From Isurus oxyrinchus (taxonomy: Eukaryota), in the NCBI GenBank assembly GCA_026770705.1, contig JANJGN010000026.1, forward strand, positions 32,240,001 to 32,304,000: a stretch of 64,000 nucleotides of DNA, read 5' to 3'. The translations under genes were made by a program, and so were the position numbers. Positions 47,626 through 61,171 of this stretch are shown here, piece by piece. Numbering within the stretch: position 1 is the first letter of the stretch; each line of letters starts with the position of its first letter. The notes under the pieces were generated by a model that was not told the origin of the DNA, did no database searches, and saw only the letters and a program-made list of their open reading frames with translations.

Positions 47626-48344
47626 TTTGCTCCTCAATTTCCCGCTGATACACACACACACATACACACAAACAAACACACACACACACACACACAGACA
47701 CACACACAAACACACACACACTATCCTCACACGCAAGAGATTTAGTCATGAGGACCCTGCGGCAGCTCATTCGCCATTTCAGACCCTCTCTTTCACAATC
47801 AATAGCCACACCAAAAGCAAACAGAAACTCCTTTTGTGAAAAGTGAGAAAAAATCTTCAAATTAAAGAAGACTGTGCAATTGCCACTGAGCAACTCAATT
47901 ATGAATTAGTCATCTCTAACACAATGCAGTTTGTGACTATGTTGTGCATTATACAGTGTAATGTGGCTCATCTTAATTTCTGTCCCTCAATCTCATTGAT
48001 TAAGAGAATGTGACAAGATTCATCCCAACCTTTCAACACAAACATTACACACATAACACTGGAGCAATGAGAAATTGCACCCAACGCCAAATAGGTATTA
48101 ACAAGACTAAGCGTGTTCTTCCAAGCCCTTTTCACCGGCAGGAATATATAACATTTTTAAAATTAGTACCCACCTATCCACCTGGCTCTCTCTCTCTCTA
48201 GCTCTATCTAATTAGCAGGGACCTTGCTTAATGCTGTAATAACTGAGACTCGGTCTAGTTTATTAATAAATGGGGTAGGACCTTTATAATATAAGGTGAG
48301 ACATAGAAGGGTACTGTAATGAATGAAGCAGATTAATGCAGTAA

Positions 48345-49385
48345 TATCATAGAATCACAGAAGCTTAAGGCGCAGAATGAGGTCATTCGGTCCATCGTGT
48401 CTGCATCGACTCTCCAGATGAGTATTCTGACCTAGCGCCATTGGCTTCTCTTTTCCCTATATCCATGCACATTGTCTCTATTCAAATAATTACCTAATGC
48501 CCTCTTGAATACCTCGATTGAACTTCCCTCCACCATACATCCAGGCAGTGCAAGCCAGGCCCGAACAACTCGTTGTGTGATAACGCTTTTTTTCTCACGT
48601 CACATTTGCTTCCTTTTCAAATCATTTTTAATCCGTGCCCTTTCATTCTTGACCCTTTTACGAGTGGGAACAGCTCTTCCCTATCTACACTCTCCAGCCC
48701 CCTCATGATTTTGAAAACGTCTAGCAAGTCTCCTCTTAGCCTTCTCTCCATGGAAAACAATCCAATCTATCCTCATAACTGAAGTTCCTCATCCCTGGTA
48801 GCATTCTTGTAAGCCTCTTCTGCACTCTCTCCAATGTGTTCACATCCTTCCTATAATATGGTGCCTAGAACTGCGAACAATATTCCAGCTGAGGTCTAAC
48901 GATGGTCTTATATAAATTCAGCATAACCTCCCTGCTCTTGTGCTCGATGCCCCTATTAAAAGAGCCCAGGTTACGATATGCTTTATTAACTGTCATCTCC
49001 ATCTGTCCTACCACCTTCAATGATCTATGCACATATACATCCAAGTATTTCTGCTCCTGCATACCTTCAAAATTCCACCCCTTATTTTATATTGTCTGTT
49101 CACCATCCCCCCTGCAGTTCATAACACTCCCAAGCTTCGTATCAAACGCAATCTTTGAATTTGTCCCCTGCACACCAAGATCTGGATCGTTAATGTATAT
49201 CAGGAAAAGCAAGGGTCCCATTGCCGACCTCAGGGAAAATCGGCTATAAACCATCCTCCAGCCCGAAAAGCTTCCATTGACCATTACTCCCTGCCTCCTT
49301 TTTTCAGCCAATTTTGTATCCATGTTGCGATTGTCCCTTTTATTCCATGAACAATAACTTTTCTCACAAGTTGGTTGTCAGATAA
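48345..49385 (-). mobile_element. CR1 LINE fragment
   Basis: GPLLFLIYIND and REVMLNLYKTIVRPQLEYC remnants, with 3' tail. Confidence 0.85.
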
Positions 49386-49659
49386 ACACTAATATAATAC
49401 AAACGGAGACTTTGTGCAATGCAACAGCAGCTCAGGAATTGCCACTTGCAGTATATATAGAGGCATGGCTATGTGCATTAATAAATGAAGCATCATATAA
49501 TGTAATATAAACAGAGACATAGTCTTGTGCAGTAATAATTGAGAAAGGGACAATTGTGGTGTATACTGAGGCATGGTCCACTGCATTAATACATTAAACT
49601 GCAGATAGCGTTAAATCCACAGATGCAGTGCTGAGAGAAAGATAGAAGGAGAAATGTTA

Positions 49660-50420
49660 AGTAATTGGGAAAGCTAATGGAATGTTATCATTTCTTGCGA
49701 GGGGAATTGAACACAGCAGTAGGCAAAAGCAAAATACTGCAGATGCTGGAAATCTGAAACAAAAATAGCTGGAAAACCTCAGCAGGTCTCTGATTCTTCA
49801 TCAGAACAGTAGGCGAGTTCTGCTTCAGTTATACCAGGCACTAGTGAGATCACGTTTGGAGTACTGTGTATAGCATTGCTCACCTTATTTAAGGAAGGGT
49901 GTAAATACGTGAGAAGCAATTCAGAGAAGGATTACTAGACTAATACCTGGATTGGGTGGGTTGTCTAATGAGGAAAGGTTGGACAGACTAGGCTTCTATC
50001 TACTGGAGCTTAGAAGAGTAAGAGGCGACTTGACTGAAACATATAATATCCTGAGGGGTCTTGACAGTGTGGATGTGGAGAGGATGTTTTCTCTTGTGGG
50101 AGAATCTAGAACTAGGGGTGACGGTTTAAAATCAGGGGCCGCCCATGTAAAACGGAGATGAGGCGAATTTTTTTCACTCTCAGGGTCGTGAAACCTTGGG
50201 ACCCTCTTCCTAAAAAGGCAGTGGAAGCAAAGCCTTTGAACATTTCTAAGGCAGAGATGGATAGATTCCTGGTAAGCAAGGAGGAGATAGGTTGCCGGGG
50301 ATAGGCGGGATGAAGAGTTCAGGTTACTATCAGATCAGCCATGACTTTATTAACTGGCAGAACAGCCCCGAGGGGCCGAATGACCTGCTCCTGCTCATTG
50401 TTCATGTGCTCGTATCTTCG
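49660..50420 (+). mobile_element. CR1 3' fragment containing a small Penelope-end insert (~49725-49805)
   Basis: EERLDRLG...RRVRGDLTETY; the insert is flanked by a cagtaggc direct repeat. Confidence 0.8.
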
Positions 50421-50977
50421 TTTGGTTCAGTACAGTCATAATTAAGAGAAGGTCATCAGGCCAACGGCAGTGATAACTGAATCATGGTACAGTGTGGAAT
50501 AACGAAACACAAGGTGCAGTGAAATATAAATTCAGACATGGGAGTACTACAGTACGGACTAAAAAAGGGTCAGTTGAAGTGTCCACAGAAGCACAGCCTA
50601 ATGTAGTAATAACTGACACAAGATCTAATGATATAAACAGCGGCAGGATCAGGTGTAATGGTAACTGGGAAAGGACCAATTGCAACACAAATAGAGAGAT
50701 GGATGACTGCATTAATAAGTAAGATAGGACCCATTGTACTAATAAAAATGACGTTCTCTAGTGCAACAATAACTGAAGCAGATTGTAGTCTAACATTTAC
50801 AGCTACATATGAGGGTGCGAAATAAATTGAACCAGGGATGTTTCGGAATTGCTAAAATGGACCTTGATTGACATAAACTGAGGCAAGATCTAGTTTAGTG
50901 ACTGCTGATTCAGAGTCTGGATTGTTAGAAACTGAGACAGGGTCTAATGCAATGTTTATTGATACGAGGTCTAGATG

Positions 50978-52333
50978 AATATAAAAACAGGAAATTCTGG
51001 AAAAACACCATCCCATTCTCTCAGTTGTTTTGCCTCCTTTGCATCTGGTCTGATGATGCCACTTTCCAAAACGGCGCTTCTGACACGTGTCTTCCTTCTT
51101 CCTTAACCGAGGTGCCCCCCCCCCCCACCCCCCACCCCAACCAATGTGGTTGACAGGGCCGCCAACTGTGTCCGTCCCATCTCCCGAGCCTCAGCTCACA
51201 CTTTCCCCTCCCTCCCCTCCCAGAAACATGATAGGGTCCCCCTTGTCCTCACATTTCACCCCACCATCCTCCACATTCAAATAATCATCCTCCAACATTT
51301 CCGCTAACTCCAGCATGATGCCACCACCAAGCGCACCTTCCCCTCACCACCCAAACCCCCTCTGCCACTGTCAGCACTCCGTAGTGACCATTCCCTACAG
51401 GACATCGTGGCATGCTCGTTCATCACCCCCAGTACCTCATCCCTTCCCAAGGCACCTTCCCATGCAATCACAGAAGATGCCACACCTGCACATTTACTTC
51501 CTCCCTCCTCACTGTCCAGGGGCCCAAACATTCCTTTCAGGTGAAGCACCACTTCATTGCAGCTCTTTCAATTTTGTCCACTGCATATGTTGCTCCTAAT
51601 GCTGTCTCGTTTAGATTGGGGACACCAAACACAGACTGGGTGACCACTTTGTGGAACACCTTTGGTTTGACCACAAGCATGACCCAGACCTCCGTGTCTC
51701 TTGCTATTTCAACACACCACCCTGCTCTGATGCCCACATGTCCGTTCTTGGCCTGCTGCAATGTTCCAGTGAAGCCCAAAATAAACTGGAGGAAGAGCAC
51801 CTCATCTTCCAATTATGCATTTTAAAGCCTTATTCATTTATTCGTTGTTTTAGCCCATTTTTACCCTCTTTTCTTGTTCCCTTTCATACAGTTCTTCCCC
51901 AAACACCATCCCCTTCACCAACCACACACCCCTAAAGGGCCATCTGTTACTTGTTCCATGTTGTTCTTTCACAGTGTGCTGATTCTGGTTCTGCTATTAA
52001 CACATTCTGCTTTCTTACCTTTATGCCACCATCAGCACCTTCTTTAGCCTGACCACTGCCATTAATATTCCCTTAGTCTTTTGCCCATGATATGTTTGTC
52101 AGTGTCACCTTACCTCCACCTATCACCTGCCTTCTATCCAGCCTCACCTGCTCCACCCCATTTAAACAGTAGTAATGTCACATTTCCATTGTTCTTTAGC
52201 TCTGAGGAAGAGTCATACGGTCTTTAAATGTTAACTCTGCTTCTCTCTCCACAGGTGCTGTCAGACCTGCAGAGGTTTGCCATTATTTTATGCTTTTCTT
52301 TCAGACTTCCAGCATCTGCGGTATTTTGCTTTT
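50978..52333 (+). mobile_element. Degenerate Penelope-like element
   Basis: CNHRRCHTC and CSSEAQNKLEEEHLIF remnants, with a Penelope-type terminus. Confidence 0.85.
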
Positions 52334-52369
52334 AACCCTTCCGATATCAATTAAGAAAATGCCTTCTGC

Positions 52370-55300
52370 ATTGATTACTGCTACAGGGTCTAGATTGATA
52401 CAAACTGAGGCAGGGCATAGTACAGTGATCACTGATATAGGGCCGAGATGAATATGAACTAGGACAAGTGCTGGAGCAGTGATTACTCATACAAGATGTA
52501 GATCATATAAGCTGAGACAGTGTCCATTGTAGTGATTACTGATACAGGGTCTGGATTAATATCAACTGAGGAAGGTTCTTGTGCTTTAAGTAGTGATGCA
52601 AGGACTAGACAAATATAAACTGAGACAGGCTTCAGTGCAGAAATACTTGATACAGGGTTGACATGACTATAAACTGAGACAGGGTCTGGTGCATTGATTA
52701 CTTATACAAGGTCTGGATCAGTATAAACTTAGATAGTGTCCAATGCAGTGATTGCTGATACAGGGCCTAGATTGACGTGAACTGAAACAGGCCATCGTGC
52801 AGTGATTACTGATACAGCATCTAGACCAACTTAAACTGAGGCAAGACCTGGTGCCGTGTTTACTGATGCATGGTTAGCATTAATATAAACAGAGACAGGG
52901 TCTAGGGCAGTGATTACTGATACAGAGTCTATATCAATTTAAACTGAGACAGAGTCGATTGCACTGATTACTGACACAGGGTTAAAATTAACATAAGTAA
53001 AATAGAGTCTAGTGCAATTATTACTGATACAGGATCTGGATTAATATAAACTGAGAGAGAGCCAAGTGCAGTAATTATTAATATAGAGTCTAGATTGTTA
53101 TGGACTGAAACAGAGCATAGAGCAGTGATTACTGATGCAGTCTCTAGATTAATATAAACTGAGAGAGGGCCTAGTGCAGTGATTACTGATACAGGTTGTT
53201 TAATAATATAAACTGAAGCATTCTCTAGTGCTGTCATTACTGGAACAGGCTCTGGACTAATAGAAACTGAGGCAGGATCTAGTGCAGTGATTACTGGTAA
53301 AGAGCCTAGATTAATATGAACTGAGACAAGGCCCAGTGCAGTGATTACTGGTACAGGATCTAGATTGATAAAAACTGAGGCAGGGTCAAGTGCAGTGATT
53401 AATAATACAGGTTTAAATTAATATAAACTGATACAGGGCTTAGTGCAATGATTACTGATACAGCATCTAGGTTGATATAATCTGAGGCAGGCCATAGTGC
53501 AGTAAATACCGATACAGGATCTATATCAATATTAGCTGAGTTAGGGTCTAGTGCTGTGATTATTGATACAGGGTCAAGATTAACATAAACTGAGAGAGAG
53601 CCAAATTCAATAATTACTAATATTGGGGCTAGATTGATATAAACTGAGACAGAGCATAGAGCAGTGATTACAGATACAGTGTCTAGATTAATATAAACTG
53701 AGACAAGGCCAAGTGCAGTGATTACAGATACAGGATCTGGTTAACATAAACTGAGAAAGGGTATGGTGCAGTGATTAATGATAAATGGTCTAGGTTATTC
53801 TGAACTGAGACAGGGGCAACTGCAGAAATTACAGATACAGATCCTGTTTTGATATAAACTGAGGCAGGGCAGAGTGCAGTGATTGCTGATGCGGGGTCTA
53901 GATTGATAAATACTGAGGCAGGGCACATTGCAGTGGCAGTGTCCATTGCAGTGATTACTGATATAGGGTCTAGATCAATAGAAACTGACATAGGGCCTAA
54001 TGCGGTGGTTACTGATACTGGGTCTTGATTAATATAAACTGAGACAGGGCCAAGTGCAGTGATTAATGACATAGCGTCTAGGTTGATATAATCTGAGGCA
54101 GGCCATAGTGCAGTAAATACCGATACAGGATCTATATCAATATTAGTCTTGTGCTAGGTTAATAGAAACTGAGGCAGGGCCGAACACAGTAAGTATTGAT
54201 ACTGCATCATCATTGATATAAAATAAGAGGGGGCCTCATGTGGGGTCTAGATTAACATGAACTGAGGCAGGGCCACCTGCATTGCTCACTGATACAGGGC
54301 TTATATTGATATAAACTGAGGCAGGCAGAGTGCAGTGAATGCACATACAGGCTCTAGATTAAATTAAATTCAGACAAGCTCAATGGAGTGATTAATGATG
54401 CAGGGCCTAGATCAACATACATTGAGACAGTGTCGTGTGTAGTGATTACTGATACAGGATCTACATTGATAAAAACTGAGGCAGGGCATAGTCAGATATT
54501 ACTGATACAGGTCCAGATTAATATAAAGTGAGATAAGTCCAAGCTCAGTGATTAGTGATACAGTGTCTGGATTTATAGAAACTGGGGCAGGGCATTGTGC
54601 AGTAATTACTGATACAGTGCCTGTATAATTATAAACTGGGATATGAACTAGTGCAGTGATTAATGTTACACGATTTTGATTACTACACACTGAGATTGTA
54701 TCTAATGCAGTGATCACTGATACAGGGCCTAGTGCAGTGTTTACTGGTACAGGGTCTAGATTAATACAAACTGAGATGGGGCTTAGTACAGTGATTACTG
54801 ATAGAGAGTCTAGACTAACATAAACTATGAGAGGGCCAAGTGCAGAGATTACTGATACAGGCTCCAGATTAATATAAACTGAGACAGGATCTGTTGCAGT
54901 GATTACTGATACACGGACTAGATCAAAATAAACTGAGACCATGTCCATGGCAGTGATTACCGACATAGGGCCTAGGTTAATGTGAACTGAGGCAGAGCAT
55001 ATTGCAGTTTACTGATACATGGCATGGGCTAGTGCAGAGAAACCTGATGCAGGGCCGACATCAACATTAACTGAGACAGTGTCTAGTGCAGTGGTTACTG
55101 ATACTGGGCCTTGATTAGTATGAACTGACACAGTGTTCAGTGCAGTGGTTAGTGACACAGGACATATATCAAAATAAACTGAGTGAGGGTCTAGTGCAGT
55201 GATTACTGATATCGGGTCCAGTTTGATATAAACTGCATCAGCGCATTGTGCAGTGATTGCTGATACAGGGCCTTTATAAACATAAACTGAATGGGGGCTA

Positions 55301-57660
55301 GTGAAGTAATGACTGATACAGCGTCTAGATCAATATAAACAGAGACCGTGTCCATTGCAATAATTACTGATACCGGGTCTGAATTAATATAAACTGAGAC
55401 ATGGTCCATTGCAGTGACTACTGATACAAGGTCTAGATTGGTATAAAGTGAGGCAGTGCATAGTGCAGTGATTACTGATACAGGCTGTAGGTTAAGATAA
55501 ACTGAGACAGGGCCTAGTGCAGTGATTACTGATAAACAGTTTTCATCAATATAAACTGAGACAGTACCCAGTGCAGTGATTACTGTCATAGGGTTTAGAT
55601 TGATATAAACTGAGGCAGTGCATAGTGCAGAGGTTACTGATACAAGGTCTAGATCAACGTTAGCCGAGACGGTGTCTAGTGCAGTGATTATTGATATAAG
55701 GTCTAGGTTGATATAAAGTTTGACAGGGCCAAGTGCTTTGATTACTGATACAGGCTTTGGGTTAAGATAAACTGAGACAGAGCCTAGTGCTGTGATTACT
55801 GATACAGGGTCTAGGTTGATATAAGCTGTGACAGGGTCTACTCCAGTGATTGCTGATGTAGATGCCAGATCAATATAAACTGAGATAGGGTCTTGTGCAG
55901 CGATTTCTGATACAGGGTCTACGATTTTATAAATTTAAGCACGCCATAGTGCAGTGATTACTTATACAGGGCCCAGCTAAATATAAGCTAGGACAGGGGC
56001 TAGTGCAGGGATAACTGACAGGGGGTCTAGACCAACATTAACCGAGACAGGGCCTAGTGCAGTGATGACTGATACAGGGTCTAGTTTAATAGAACTTTAG
56101 ACTGGGCCTAGTGCAGTGAAATCTGATGCAGGGACAACATCAACATTAACTGGACAGGGTCTAATGCAATGCTTCCTGATACTGGGGCTTGATTAATATG
56201 AACTGAGACAGTGTCCAGTGCAGTGATTAGTAACACAGGATCTGGATTAATATAAACTGCAGCAGGGCCTAGAGTAGTGATTTCTGATACAGGGTCTATG
56301 ATTTTATAAATTTAAGTATGCCATAGTGCAGTGATTACTTATACAGGGCCCAGCTAAATATAAGCTAGGACAGGGGCTAGTGCAGGGATAACTGACATAA
56401 GATCTAGACCAACATTAACCGCGACAGGGCCTAGTGCAGTGATGACTGATACAGGGTCTAGTTTAATAGAACTTGAGACTGGGCTTAGTGCAGTGATTAC
56501 TAACACAGGGTCTAGATTGATAAATACTGAGGCAGAGTTTAGTGCAGTGATTACTGATATAGCATCTAGATTATTAGAAACTGAAAGAAGGCCAAGTGCA
56601 GTGATTACTGATACAGGGTCTCGAGATATAAACTGAGGCAGGGCATAGTGCAGTGACTACTGATACAGGCTCTAGATTAATATAAGCTGAGGCATGGTCT
56701 ACTTCAGTGATTACTGATGCAGGGCCTGGATCAACATAAACTGAGGCCATGTGCAGTGCAATGATTACTGATACAGGCCTAGATTAATATAAACTGGGGC
56801 ATGGCCTAGCACAGTGAAAAGTGATACAGGAATTAGATTAATATAAACTGAGACAGGGTCTAGTGCACTGATTACCAATACAGGTTCTAGGTTAATATTA
56901 ACTGAGATGGAGTATATTGCAGATTTTGCTGATACATGGTATGGACTACTATAAACTGAGTCTGGGTCTAGTGCAGTGACATCTGATGCAGGGACAACAT
57001 CAACATTAACTAGACAGAATCTAATACAGTGGTTCCTGAAACTGGGCCTTGAGTAATATGAACTGAGACAGTGTCCAGTGCAGTGATTAGTAACACAGGA
57101 TCTAGATTAATACAAAATGAGTCAGTGACTAGTGCAGCGATTACTGATGCAGGGCCTATCTAAATATAAACTAGGACAGGGGCTAGTGCAGTGATCACTG
57201 ACACAGGATCTAGATCAACATAAACAGAGACCATGTCCATTGCAATAATTACTGATACAGTGTTTGGATTAATATAAACGAAGACAGGGTCTAGTGCTGT
57301 GATTACAGATGCAAGGTCTAGATTGATATACACTGTGACAGGGTCTACTGCAGTGATTACCGATACAGGGCCTCGATTGATATAAACTGAGACAGGATCT
57401 AGTGAGTTATTACTGACAAAGGGATGATGTTAAATTTTAATGAGAAGAGGTCTAGGGTCCGGGTCAATATAAACCGAGACAGTGTCCATTGCAGTGATTA
57501 CTGAGAAAGGATATAGGACAATATAAACTGAGTTAGGGCCTAGAGCAGTGATTACTGATACAGGATATAGATTAATATAAACAGAGACAGGATGTGGTGC
57601 AATGGTTACTGACGTCTGATCTGGATTTATATAAACTGAGACAGGGCCAAGTGCAAGAAT
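52370..57660. repeat. Tandem satellite, 54-bp unit made of two related 27-bp halves (~98 units)
   Basis: Consensus ACTGAGACAGGGTCTAGTGCAGTGATT-ACTGATACAGGGTCTAGATTAATATAA; degenerate copies also at ~49390-49620 and 50420-50975. Confidence 0.95.
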
Positions 57661-57810
57661 TACTTCATCAGTGATCCCCATTTCCCAAGAACCAATTAAA
57701 GTGCTGCAAAATACTGCGGATTCTCGTAATCCAAAGCAAAACAGAAAAAAACTCTCAGCAGGTCAGTGGGCCTCAGTTGAGAGAGAAACAGATCAAACTT
57801 TCAGGTCGAT

Positions 57811-58080
57811 GACAGGTGCAAAATCCCCCTTGGTACTATTCTATTGAGCAGGACTTTTCTGCCCACTATCCTGGACCAATATTCATTCTTCAACTAAACT
57901 CACATATTATCTGGTCATTTTTCACAGCTCTATTCATGGGAGCTTGTTATGCAGAAATCACCGGATGCATTTCCAACATTACAGCAGTGACTAAACTTCA
58001 GCTAACCTACATCAATGAGTTTTAAGGGCTTTAGGACACCCTAGGGTCGTGAGCAGCATTCTATAAATGCAAATTATTTC
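57811..58080 (+). mobile_element. SacSINE1/DeuSINE-like body and 3' tail
   Basis: ccaatatt...ttatctggtcatt...gggagcttg...acattacagcagtgactaaacttca...tataaatgcaa, typical of this shark SINE (recognised from memory). Confidence 0.7.
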
Positions 58081-58934
58081 TAAATGTTAACATTTTAAAA
58101 TGCTAATTGTGATATGTTGAAAACTCAGAGAACAATATGATCGCAGGTCACTCCTCTGGCTGCTGATTTAACTTGTTCAGTTTAAATGGGTTAAATCTTC
58201 AATCAAATTGACATTCAGTGGATGTTCAAAGATTCTTTATTGATTGTGATAGTAGGACTTTTGGAATAAAATTCTTAATTCAAAAGTATTTTTATTTATA
58301 TGCATCTGCTCTTATGGATGTTGAAGAAGTTTCCATTCATTTTGTACCAACTGTCAATATTCTTGAAATAAACCCTTGTTTTGAATTGAAACTAATCAAT
58401 ATAAGTGTCTGTGTTTATCTGGTTTTGCTGCCATGAACACTCCATTGAAACCAGTAAGCCATTTATGTAAATAAACACAGAAACAGAAGTCCCAGATTAG
58501 AGTCTGAAGAGATGAAAACACAGAAAATATTTCCCCACCAACACAGCACAGAAATAGAGTCAAACATGCAAATACATCAACCGATTTCAGTAACAATTAT
58601 TTTTTAGGCATTTTTAAAATCAGTTATATGAGAATGATGTCACGATGATATCTCTGCTCAGAATTAAGAAAGATTCCCACTTATCATGAAGTATAACGAC
58701 ACGGCAAATGTGTTTGTACAACTGTCACAGGTTGCTTCCTGTAACCTATCTCTCTTTGTCTCTTTCTCCTCCCTGGTTCTGTGTCTTGTCTCTCCACCAT
58801 GGGTCATTGCCTTTACTCCACAACATGAAGTCAATGTCTAGCCAATGTATTCTCTCAGCCCGATTCATGCACTTCAAACTAAATGGATCGAATGAAATGA
58901 ATTGGAATCTGTAGAGGGAACTTTACTCTAAATC

Positions 58935-60865
58935 TGGTTAAGAAGAAGAGAGAGGTGTATAGCAGGTATAGGCAAAAAGAAGCAAATGAGGTACTTGTAG
59001 AGTATAGGAAATGTAAGAAAATACTAAAAAAGGAAATCAAGAAGACAAAAAGAAGACACGAGGTTGCTTTGGCAGATAATGTGAAGGTAAACCCGAAGGA
59101 TTTCTACAAGTATATTAAGATTAAAGGATAGTAAGGGACACAATTGGTCCCCTTGAAGATCAGAGTGGTCGTCTATGTGTGGAGCCTCACGAGATGGGGG
59201 AGATCTTAAACCGTTTTTTTGCATCAGTATTTACTCAGGAAACTGGCATAGTGTATAAGGAAGGAAGGGAAACAAGCAGTAGTTTCATGGAATAAAGGTA
59301 GATAAATCCTCGGCCTGACATGATATGCCCTCGGACCTTGACGGAGACTAGTGTAGAAATTGCAGGGACCCTGGCAGAAATATTTCAAATGTCCTTAGCC
59401 ACGGGTGAGGTGCCGGAGGATTGGAGGGTAGTTGTTCCATTGTTTAAAAAAGGCTCCAAAAGTAAACCAGGTAATTACAGGCCAATGAGCCTGACGTCAG
59501 TACTAAGTAAATTATTGGAAGGTGTTCTGAGAGATCGGATATATAATTATTTGGACAGCCAAGGGCTGATTAAGGATAGTCAGCATGGCTTTGTGCGTGG
59601 TAGGTCGTGTTTAATGAACCTTGTAGAGTTTTTCGAGGAGGTTACCAAGAAAGGAGATGAAGGAAAGGCTGTGGATGTTGCTTACATGGACAAGGCCTTT
59701 GACCAGGTCCCACATGGGAGGTTAGTTCAGAAGGTTCAGACACTTGGTAACCAGGGAGAGGTTGTAAACTGGATTCGAAATTGGCTGCGTAGGAGAAGAC
59801 AGAGAGTGGCATTGGATGGTTGCTCCTCAGACTGGAGGTCTATGACTAGTGGTGTGCCTCAGGGATCTGTGCAAGGACCATTGTTGTTTGTTGTCTATAT
59901 CAATGATTTGGATGATAATGTGGTGAATTGGATCAACATGTTTGCTGATGACACTAATATTGGAGGGGTTGTGGACAGCAAGGAAGGTTTTCAAACCTGG
60001 CAGAGAGATCTGGACCAACTGGAAAAATGGACCAGAAAATGGCAGATGGAATTTAAAGGGGAAAAGTGTGAGGTGTTACATTTTGGAAGGTCAAACCAAA
60101 GTAGAACATACACAGTAAATGGTAGGGCACTGAGGAGTGTGGAGGAACAAAGGGATCTGGGAGTTCAGATACATAGTTCCCTGAAAGTGGTGTCACAGGT
60201 AGACAAGGTTGTAAAGAAAGCTTTTGGCATACTGGCCTTCACAAATCAAAATATTGAGTATAGGAGTTGGGATGTTATGGTGAGGTTGTATAAGACATTG
60301 ATGAGGCCAACTTTGGAGTATTCTGTGCAGTTCTGGTAGCCTAACTACAGGAAGTATATCAGTAAGATTGAGAGAATGCAGAGAAGATTTACTAGGATGT
60401 TGCCGGATCTTAAGGAGTTGAGTTACAGGGAAAGATTAAACAGGTTAGGACTTTATTCCTTGGAGTGTAGAGGAATGAGGGGAGATATGATAGAAGTTTA
60501 CAAAATTATGAGGATAATTATGAGGGTAAATACGAGTAGGTTCTTCCCATTTAGATTAGGAGAAATAAACACGAGAGGACATGGCTTTAGGGTGAAAGGG
60601 GAAAGGTTTAGGGGGAACATTAGGAGGAACTTGTTCACTCAGAGCGTGGTGAGAGTGTGAAACGAGCTACCATCTGACATGGTAAATGCGGGCTCACTCT
60701 TAAGTTTTAAGGATAAATTGGATAGATACATGGATGGGAGAGGTCTGGAGGGTTATGGACGAGGTGTAGGTCAATGGGACTAGCGGAATAATATTTTGGC
60801 ACAGACAAGAAGGGCCGAATGGCCAGTTTTCTGTGCTGTATTGTTCTATGATCTATGTTCTATCT
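58935..60865 (+). mobile_element. CR1 LINE with a 339-aa RT ORF remnant
   Basis: GNYRPMSLTS, AFDQVPH, SGVPQGSVQGPLLF, FADD motifs at 59320-60339; (ctatgtt)-like tail. Confidence 0.93.
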
Positions 60866-60874
60866 TGTTTTGAG

Positions 60875-61170
60875 CATTCACTGACCTGGGAGAGCTTGAT
60901 GGGGAACTGAAGGGGAAACTTTACTCTGTATCTAACCTGTGTTGTGACAAGTAGCGAGGATTTGATGTCGCAATGCCGATTGATCTTTCCCTCTATCTAA
61001 CCTGTGCTGTCCCGGCCTTTGGAGTGATTGATTGGACAATATAGAAACTCTGAATCTAACCCGTGCTGTACCTGCTTGGGTGTTTTTCATGTGGTAATGT
61101 AAATGGAATTTTATATTATTAATGTAGCTCCATGTTGCACCTGCCCTGGGAGTGTTTGATGGAGCCGTAG
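60875..61170. repeat. Degenerate ~65-bp tandem repeat, resuming at 62600-62740 after the CR1
   Basis: Recurring tctaacc(c/t)gtgctgtacctgccctgggagtgtttgatgg. Confidence 0.65.
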
Positions 61171-61171
61171 G

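Noticed and set aside
52370-57660. CRISPR-like array
   Set aside because: Eukaryotic DNA; units are contiguous degenerate repeats with no unique spacers and no cas genes.
52968-57681. Minus-strand ORFs encoding (VSVITALGPVSVYINLDP)n as a repeat protein
   Set aside because: A by-product of a 54-bp unit. The frames are broken by many stops and indels, and there is no start, splice or terminal domain context.
58396-58650. Leader-like hydrophobic ORF with upstream CRE-like/TATA motifs on the minus strand
   Set aside because: No in-frame ATG with a good donor, and no V exon downstream.
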